Positions 33,932 to 39,104 of a stretch of 39,104 nt of DNA are shown here, in pieces. The stretch's first letter is position 1. Every line of letters starts with the position of its first letter. The notes beneath the pieces are model-generated. The model saw only the letters and a program-made list of their open reading frames with translations. It made no database searches and was not told the origin of the DNA. Both the position numbers and the translations under genes were made by a program. The stretch is from Ktedonobacterales bacterium (lineage in GTDB: Bacteria > Chloroflexota > Ktedonobacteria > Ktedonobacterales > JADMIN01): assembly GCA_036393135.1 (NCBI GenBank), contig DASVWQ010000058.1, positions 1 through 39,104 of the forward strand, given 5' to 3'.

Positions 33932-35245
33932 CTAGCGGTTATCCGACGTGTACCATTGGTGCAGGCGACCCATCTCATAGTCCAACTCCCGCAGAAATTG
34001 TATCCAGAGATCGTCGAAAGGTCGGGCGCCGCGCGCCTGTCCCAACTCCTCGCCGCAGACGGCCTCGTAGACCTCGCGCATGGTCGCGTGCATCATGCGG
34101 GTCGCGTCCCAATAGCAGGTGACGAGTTCGCCGCCCTTCACGACCTTATCCAGCGTCTTCACATCATCAAAGACGAGCCGACCCTGCCGCACGACAATCA
34201 ACTGATCCATGCGCGGATAGCTCATCTCGATATTCGCCACCAGCGGCCCGATCATGCGGTCGATGTAGCGCACCGCATCGGCTGGCCTGATGTCACCACG
34301 CGCTCTCAGGCCGCGCGCAAACCGCGCGTGGTGCGCCAGCAATCCATTGACGCATTCGCCCATCACCTGGGTCAGCTCCAGCATCAAGTGGTCGGGCGTG
34401 TTGCGCGCGATCCGCTCCAGCCGCGCACGCGCCTGCGCCAGCGTCTGCATGAGGCTGCGCTCCAGCTCCTGATCCAGCCGCTCGTCCACGACCAGCACCA
34501 GCCCGCGCTCCAACAGCGTCGTCAGTGTCGAGCCAGCGACCGCCTCCGGCATCAGCAGCGCATAAGCGATGGCATAGAGCGGGCGGTTTTCGTCCGCCAG
34601 CGTGTAGACCCACATCTCCTTCTGGTCCATGCCGCTCGCACGCGGGTCATCGCCCCCCTGCGTGGCCTTGCGGACGCGCGTGAGACGCGGCGCAGGGCGG
34701 ACGCGCATATGCTCGCGCTCATCCGCCTGCCGCAGCGCCTCCAGCACCACATGGTCGACGTTGAGAGGCTGCGTGGCGCTCGGCGTGTACATACCGCCCG
34801 TCCGGCGCACGCTCGACGGCTCGCGCACGAACTCGAACCGCCCGCGATCCCAGCGCACCGCCCTGCTGAGCGCCTGCACGACGACAAACTCGCGCCGCTG
34901 CAACTCCTCGGCGGCGCTCATGAAGCCCATGTTGACCAGATACTGGATGAGGGCGGTCAGGTCACGGCGGACATCCTGGGGAATCAGCATCACCTGCTCG
35001 GAGCCAATGCGGCCCATCGCGCGGAGGAGATCGAGAAGGTTTGGCTCTGGGGTGTCTGGCTCGTCGAGGCTGAGGATGGCGCCGTCCTGGAGGTGGATGC
35101 GAAGGCGCTCGGAGCCGGACTGCACGGAGAGAACGCCGGTCTTGCTTCCCAGCGCCAGCATCTTCAACGTGGACTGCAAGGTGAGCGTCTCGAGATCGCC
35201 GTCGAGGATCCGGCTCGGCGCCCCGCCCTGATTGTCCTGGTCCAT
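33932..35245 (-). CDS. DUF4388/PATAN-like domain protein with an uncharacterised helical C-terminal region of about 260 aa
   Basis: The N-terminus LDGDLETLTLQSTLKMLALGSKTGVLSVQSGSERLRIHLQDGAILS matches the G.L....l..llq.l....ktG.L.v......g.i.f..G.i pattern of DUF4388. ATG at 35245 follows GGGAG. It is the first gene of the chemosensory operon. Confidence 0.75.
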   Translation of the reverse strand: MDQDNQGGAPSRILDGDLETLTLQSTLKMLALGSKTGVLSVQSGSERLRIHLQDGAILSLDEPDTPEPNLLDLLRAMGRIGSEQVMLIPQDVRRDLTALIQYLVNMGFMSAAEELQRREFVVVQALSRAVRWDRGRFEFVREPSSVRRTGGMYTPSATQPLNVDHVVLEALRQADEREHMRVRPAPRLTRVRKATQGGDDPRASGMDQKEMWVYTLADENRPLYAIAYALLMPEAVAGSTLTTLLERGLVLVVDERLDQELERSLMQTLAQARARLERIARNTPDHLMLELTQVMGECVNGLLAHHARFARGLRARGDIRPADAVRYIDRMIGPLVANIEMSYPRMDQLIVVRQGRLVFDDVKTLDKVVKGGELVTCYWDATRMMHATMREVYEAVCGEELGQARGARPFDDLWIQFLRELDYEMGRLHQWYTSDNR

Positions 35246-35419
35246 CGCAGGCTCCCTGCTACCACGCCCACATCGCGTATCGTCGACCGCGCTCCGCGCT
35301 GTACGGGCGGTCAGACGTCGCTCCACCGAGCCAGACGAGACGCACACCACCCAGCCGTCTGGCGCCAGGCGCGCGGAATGCGCGCAGTTCGGGCGCATGT
35401 CGGGGCGGAAGTCTGGAAC

Positions 35420-35428
35420 ATTGTATCA
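35420..35428 (-). promoter_or_regulatory. Candidate extended -10 promoter element for the chemosensory operon
   Basis: The minus strand reads TGaTACAAT (35428-35420), implying a leader of about 165 nt. No good -35 is present. Confidence 0.3.
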
Positions 35429-35550
35429 CACCTGCTCGCGTGAACCAGGACATCACGTGACGCGCGACACCTCTCTTTCGGCCATTGGCGGAACTCCGCC
35501 AGCGCAGTCTGAGAGCGGGCTGAAAGCATGCGCAGCGGTGTAATGGCCGA

Positions 35551-35579
35551 TTGACACGCCAGCATCTCTCTGCTAGAGT
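35551..35579 (+). promoter_or_regulatory. Candidate sigma70-type promoter for the 35658 gene
   Basis: TTGACA (35551-35556), 17 nt, TAGAGT (35574-35579), about 70 nt upstream of ATG 35658. Confidence 0.45.
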
Positions 35580-35657
35580 GCTGGCGCCCGGCCGCATGGC
35601 CAGGCAGGTTCTTGGCTGGCCCGTAAGACTGGCCGTTTGGGGGAGGAACAGACGCAC

Positions 35658-36650
35658 ATGCGAGCACATGTCCTAGCCTATCGCGGTCGAGGAAGCCTCA
35701 GCTTCGATGACCTCACCCTCGCGCGGAGCAGAGCAGCCTTCAAAGGCGAGACCGAGGTTGGCCGCACCGCCGACCTCGTCGTTTACACCGACAATACGCC
35801 GAACGGCAACGCCTCCGCACAGGCCGTCCTGAAGACCGCCGAGGCCGACTTCCAGGCGGTGCGACAGTGGTTCGGCGGGATCTCGCTGCCTGCGGGGCAG
35901 CCTGGCGACGACCAGACGACACCACGCACCGCGACGCCCTGCCAGGTCCTCATCGATAGCCAGGCGGGCGGCGCCTACCACTTTGGCTGCGACGCTACCG
36001 ACATCTATATCGAGCCAACGCCTGAGCTGGCCAGTGGCTTCATGGTCGCCGAGCTGGTGGAAATATTCGAAGCGGCCATCAACAATGGCTGGCAGTGCGG
36101 CCAGACCAATGGCGAGGCGCTCTCGCGCGTGCTGGCCACCGCGCGCAACAGCGGGCTGGCGCAGCTCCAGGTGCAGACAGGCCAGGCCTGGTGGGCCGCT
36201 GGCCATCACGACTACGTGACCAACAACAGCGCCACCGACCAGGACGAAAACAGCAATGGCTGTGGCCCGCTCTTTCTCTACTATCTGCACAGCCAGCTTG
36301 GTTTCGACTGGACGCGCATCACCACCACTGGCGGCTCGACGCTTGGCGATACCTACCAGCGCCTCACGGGCAAGTCGGGCGCGGCGGGGTTCCAGGATTT
36401 CCTGAATCGCCTGGCGACTCTCGACCAGGGCGGTACCCTGCAATTGCCCGCGAGCGGCGACCCGTTCCCCATCGGCGCGACTGGCCAGGCGCCCAACACA
36501 GGGCCAGGCGCCGCTGGCGCCGATCCCAGCGCGCCTGTGGCGGCTGCGCCCAGCGGCGGCTTCGGCGGCGCGATCAGCCTGCTGGTGATCCTCATCGTAG
36601 TCGTGATCGCCTTGATCGCTCTCAACGCGATGGGCATCTTCCAGTTCTAG
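35658..36650 (+). CDS. Hypothetical protein with a C-terminal TM anchor only (tail-anchored topology), four Cys, and a Pro/Gly/Ala stalk
   Basis: ATG at 35658 lies 10 nt after GGGGGAGGA. There is no N-terminal hydrophobic segment. The globular part of about 270 aa contains GGAYHFGCDATDIY, FMVAELVEIFEAAINNGWQCGQTNGEALSRVLA and NGCGPLFLYYLHSQLGF. A PGAAGADPSAPVAAAPSGGFGG linker precedes the terminal TM AISLLVILIVVVIALIALNAMGIF. I recognised no family. Confidence 0.65.
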   Translation: MRAHVLAYRGRGSLSFDDLTLARSRAAFKGETEVGRTADLVVYTDNTPNGNASAQAVLKTAEADFQAVRQWFGGISLPAGQPGDDQTTPRTATPCQVLIDSQAGGAYHFGCDATDIYIEPTPELASGFMVAELVEIFEAAINNGWQCGQTNGEALSRVLATARNSGLAQLQVQTGQAWWAAGHHDYVTNNSATDQDENSNGCGPLFLYYLHSQLGFDWTRITTTGGSTLGDTYQRLTGKSGAAGFQDFLNRLATLDQGGTLQLPASGDPFPIGATGQAPNTGPGAAGADPSAPVAAAPSGGFGGAISLLVILIVVVIALIALNAMGIFQF

Positions 36651-36732
36651 GCGACGGTTTCCCCTCTCACGCGCGCGACGGGTATCTCTCCTCACGAGTG
36701 GCCTGTCGTGCGCAAGAGTCGGGGAAAACGCC

Positions 36733-37932
36733 ATGCGATTAGCGGCGCGAGCGAACGCCACGCAGGTCAGTCGCCCGCGTGAGGCTGACCTGATCGCCCG
36801 GTGGCGAGCGGGAGCGTGGGTTGGCTGGCGACTGCGCGCGGATGACGGCGCGCGCTACACCATCATCTTCCAGGGGCGGCCCGGCGGCCCAGCGGGGCCA
36901 GACTTCCGCGACGCCGTGCTCGCCAACGGCAATGGCGACCGCCTCACCGGAGACATCGAACTGCACCTCAGCCCGGCGGGCTGGCGCGCCCACGGCCACA
37001 GCGCCGACCCGCGCTACAACGGCCTCGCCCTGCATGTCACGCTGCTGGCTGGCCACGCGGAGAACCGCGCCACAGCGGGCGCGCTGGCCAATGGACGACG
37101 CGCGCCGCTGGTCATCCTCTCCGCGCAGGACGCTCCCGCCGCGCCTGCCACGCCACTGGAACCGTGGCCCTGCGCCGGGTTCGCCGCCCACCCCGCCGCC
37201 TGGCGCCGCGAGATCCTGCAAGCCGCCGGTCGGTCGCGCTTCGCCGAGCGTGTCGCGCTGCTGGAGGCGGCGCTGAGCCAGCCTGACGACCTCGCCGCGC
37301 CATCCACGCCCGGCTGGGGCGCCGCCGACCACGCCCTGTTCGCGGCGCTGGCCGAAGGGCTGGGCTATGGCCGCGACCGGGCCGCCCTGCGAGTCTGTGG
37401 CGAGCGCCTCGCGCACGGTGAGTCGCCCGCCGCGCTCCTCAGCGCCGCCAGTCGTCTCGGCGCAGTCGAGCGCGCCCGTCTGAGTGGCCTGCTGGCCTGG
37501 CATGGCCGCTGGCAGGGCGCAAGTCCGCTGGCGGCGCTGACTGACACGCTGCTGGCGGGCGCGGGTCGTCGTGGCGCGGTGGGCGCCGGGCGGGCGCTGG
37601 TGGAGTCGCTGATGGTGGCGGAGCGTGGCGCCGTCTCCGCTGGGCGGGCGCGCATCCTGGCGTTCAATGTGGCGCTGCCCGCGCTGGCGGCATGGGCGCG
37701 CGAGCCTACGCGGGCGGAGGTTGCGGCGCTGGCCTATGCGACGGCGGAAGCGTTGGCCGGACTGCCCTCCAACCAGATCACCCGCGAGATGACGCGCCAG
37801 CTCGGCCTGCCTCGCCTGCCATCTGGAGCCATCAGCCAGCAAGGCGCGCAGCACATCTGGGCGCGCTGGTGCCGCGAGAAGCGCTGCGACTTGTGCCCCT
37901 GCGCGGCGTCCCGCGCAGAGCGGCCATGCTAG
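36733..37932 (+). CDS. DUF2851-family protein
   Basis: RYTIIFQGRPGGPAGPDFRDAVLANGNGDRLTGDIELHLSPAGWRAHGHSADPRYNGLALHVTL matches my recollection of the DUF2851 N-terminal signature (G..N...GPDF..A.i......G.vEiH...S.W..HgH..D..Y..v.LHV). The C-terminal Cys cluster is CREKRCDLCPC. A longer ORF on the opposite strand is rejected. Confidence 0.7.
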   Translation: MRLAARANATQVSRPREADLIARWRAGAWVGWRLRADDGARYTIIFQGRPGGPAGPDFRDAVLANGNGDRLTGDIELHLSPAGWRAHGHSADPRYNGLALHVTLLAGHAENRATAGALANGRRAPLVILSAQDAPAAPATPLEPWPCAGFAAHPAAWRREILQAAGRSRFAERVALLEAALSQPDDLAAPSTPGWGAADHALFAALAEGLGYGRDRAALRVCGERLAHGESPAALLSAASRLGAVERARLSGLLAWHGRWQGASPLAALTDTLLAGAGRRGAVGAGRALVESLMVAERGAVSAGRARILAFNVALPALAAWAREPTRAEVAALAYATAEALAGLPSNQITREMTRQLGLPRLPSGAISQQGAQHIWARWCREKRCDLCPCAASRAERPC

Positions 37933-38042
37933 CGCAACTTGGCCAGGTTTGCTACAGTGGAGCATGGCGCCGCGTAGAATAGTTGACGCGCGGGCCGATG
38001 GCGTCGCCACGACGGGATGTTGGCATAGCGTTGGGAGTCAGC

Positions 38043-38732
38043 ATGCAGAGCTTTATTTCGGGATTGGGACACGTCCCGTCGCCGATTATCGACCTCTTCG
38101 TCTTCGTCTGGCTCGCCGCCGAGAGCTGTGGCGTTCCGCTGCCCAATGAACTCGTCTTGCTGCTGGCTGGCTCCATCGCCGCGCAGCGCTCCGACCCCCT
38201 CGGGCTGATCGAGCTGGCGCTCGTCGCCACGCTGGGCAGCCTGGTCGGCGCCACCGCCGCCTACTACATCGGCGCGCGTGGTGGCCGTGCGCTGATCGTC
38301 AGACTGGGGCGCTATGTGGGGTTGAATCCCAACCGCCTCGACCTGGTGGAGCAGTGGTTCGCGCGTTCTGGCCCCTTCGCCATCGGCATCGCGCGCCTCA
38401 CGCCATTCCTGCGCACCGTCTCATCGTTCCCAGCGGGCATCCTGCGCATGCCGCCGCGCGCATTCTATCTCGCCACCGCCACTGGCTCACTGCTCTGGTG
38501 CGCCGTACTCGTTTCGGTCGGCTACCTCCTCGGCGTCCATTACATGATCGCCGTCCACCTGATCGAGGAATACACACTGCCGGCGATTCTCGCGCTGGCC
38601 GCGCTCTTCGCGGGCTATGTCTGGCTGCACCAGCGACTGGCGCGGCTGGGCGCGGCGCCACACAGGGCTTCCACAGAACCACTCGTCCGGGAGCCGACAG
38701 CATCCCGTTCCACCGATCACGGCGCCCACTAG
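38043..38732 (+). CDS. DedA-family (SNARE-associated/VTT) membrane protein
   Basis: FVWLAAESCGVPLPNELVLLLAG...ARLTPFLRTVSSFPAGI are the DedA re-entrant loop signatures. ATG at 38043 follows GGGAG; the track start at 37983 is a TTG. Confidence 0.85.
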   Translation: MQSFISGLGHVPSPIIDLFVFVWLAAESCGVPLPNELVLLLAGSIAAQRSDPLGLIELALVATLGSLVGATAAYYIGARGGRALIVRLGRYVGLNPNRLDLVEQWFARSGPFAIGIARLTPFLRTVSSFPAGILRMPPRAFYLATATGSLLWCAVLVSVGYLLGVHYMIAVHLIEEYTLPAILALAALFAGYVWLHQRLARLGAAPHRASTEPLVREPTASRSTDHGAH

Positions 38733-38733
38733 G

Positions 38734-39104
38734 ATGGATGCGCCGTCGCCGCCCTCCCGCGCTCCCGCCGCGCATGACGCCGCAGTAACCGTGCGCGCCG
38801 CGCTTGGAGTGGAGTCGCGCGGGATTCAGCGGCTGGCGGTGGGACACTGCCACTATGTTTTCGGCGTGACGACAGCGGACGGTCGCGAGGTAGTCGTCCG
38901 CCTGGCCAGCGCCGATTCATTCGATGCGCTGGCGGGTGGCGTCTACTGGCACGAGCGCCTGCGCGGCGTCGGCGCGCCTCTTGCCCGCTTGCTCGCCGCC
39001 GACCTCGCCCCGTCGCGCGGCTACCCCTATATGCTGCTGGAGCGGCTGCCCGGCCAGGACCTCGCCCTCGTCTATACCAGCCTCACCCGCGTCCAGCGAC
39101 AAGC
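38734..39104 (+). CDS. Phosphotransferase/aminoglycoside-kinase-family (APH-like) protein, N-terminal fragment running off the window
   Basis: ATG at 38734, 1 nt after the DedA stop. It is open to the window end and so not listed in the track. IQRLAVGHCHYVFGVTTADGREVVVRLAS...PYMLLERLPGQDL resembles the nucleotide-binding lobe of APH/choline-kinase-type phosphotransferases. Confidence 0.6.
   Translation, partial: MDAPSPPSRAPAAHDAAVTVRAALGVESRGIQRLAVGHCHYVFGVTTADGREVVVRLASADSFDALAGGVYWHERLRGVGAPLARLLAADLAPSRGYPYMLLERLPGQDLALVYTSLTRVQRQ

Noticed and set aside
33695-35443. 582-aa plus-strand ORF, the longest ORF in this region
   Set aside because: It is fully antisense to the DUF4388-like gene. 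The translation is dominated by R/A/H/L/Q/D runs typical of GC-rich shadow frames, with no SD and no recognisable motif. The minus-strand frame has a family signature and an SD.
35673-36761. 362-aa minus-strand ORF
   Set aside because: It is antisense to the tail-anchored protein gene, which has a promoter, an SD and protein-like composition including a clean TM helix. The minus-strand product is Arg/Ala/Gly-rich.
36739-38010. 423-aa minus-strand ORF, longer than the plus-strand DUF2851 call
   Set aside because: The translation is Arg/Gly/Ala/Gln-rich and repetitive with no motifs. The plus-strand frame carries the GPDF...H...W..HGH...Y...LHV signature and a terminal Cys cluster, and is co-directional with its neighbours.
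1-39104. Mobile elements, prophage, defence islands, rRNA/tRNA genes
   Set aside because: I recognised no transposase, integrase or recombinase motifs, no terminal inverted repeats flanking a cargo, no tRNA cloverleaf candidates in the intergenic gaps I inspected, and no nuclease, helicase or methylase defence-type genes. The lower-GC patches coincide with promoters or a small membrane gene rather than with an island.

Overview
The window is very GC-rich (about two-thirds G+C by eye, not computed) and densely coding. It looks like bacterial chromosome, with strong GGAGG-type Shine-Dalgarno sites and several 4-nt ATGA start/stop overlaps. Many long ORFs in the track lie antisense to the calls below. 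Their Arg/Ala/Pro/Gly-rich translations mark them as GC-driven shadow ORFs.

Gene content, left to right:
- A cdd 3' fragment and a membrane-anchored CHAP peptidoglycan hydrolase.
- A minus-strand run: an atypical 331-aa membrane protein, then EcfA1, EcfA2 and EcfT, followed by a small membrane protein, a Cof-type HAD, a Nudix hydrolase and a quinone oxidoreductase.
- An MFS transporter divergent from an HxlR regulator.
- A class B PBP followed by ispF.
- Divergent from the PBP, two GT-C-type membrane glycosyltransferases (ArnT/PMT-like, 736 aa; PIG-V-like, 426 aa).
- A small membrane protein, an aldo-keto reductase, and DUF3311 plus a Na+/solute symporter.
- A Dpm1/GtrB-like GT2, a GNAT, a PPOX-family protein, leuB and an ACT-domain protein.

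The most distinctive block is a minus-strand chemosensory operon of Pil-Chp/Pix (type IV pilus) type at 25.3-35.2 kb. In order it encodes a stand-alone DUF4388/PATAN-like protein, a PilG-like REC, a PilH-like REC, a CheW with an N-terminal extension, a sensor-less MCP with a Q/G/Y-rich tail, a 1434-aa Hpt-Hpt-kinase-CheW-REC hybrid CheA, and a small coiled-coil ORF. No CheR, CheB or pilus genes are in view.

Divergent from that operon are a Cys-containing hypothetical protein with only a C-terminal TM anchor, DUF2851, DedA and a kinase fragment.

I recognised no rRNA, tRNA, CRISPR, transposase or integrase. Lineage cannot be assigned from the sequence alone; the gene content is compatible with a high-GC Chloroflexota/Terrabacteria-type genome. 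All family calls come from motifs read by eye and need HMM or BLAST confirmation.
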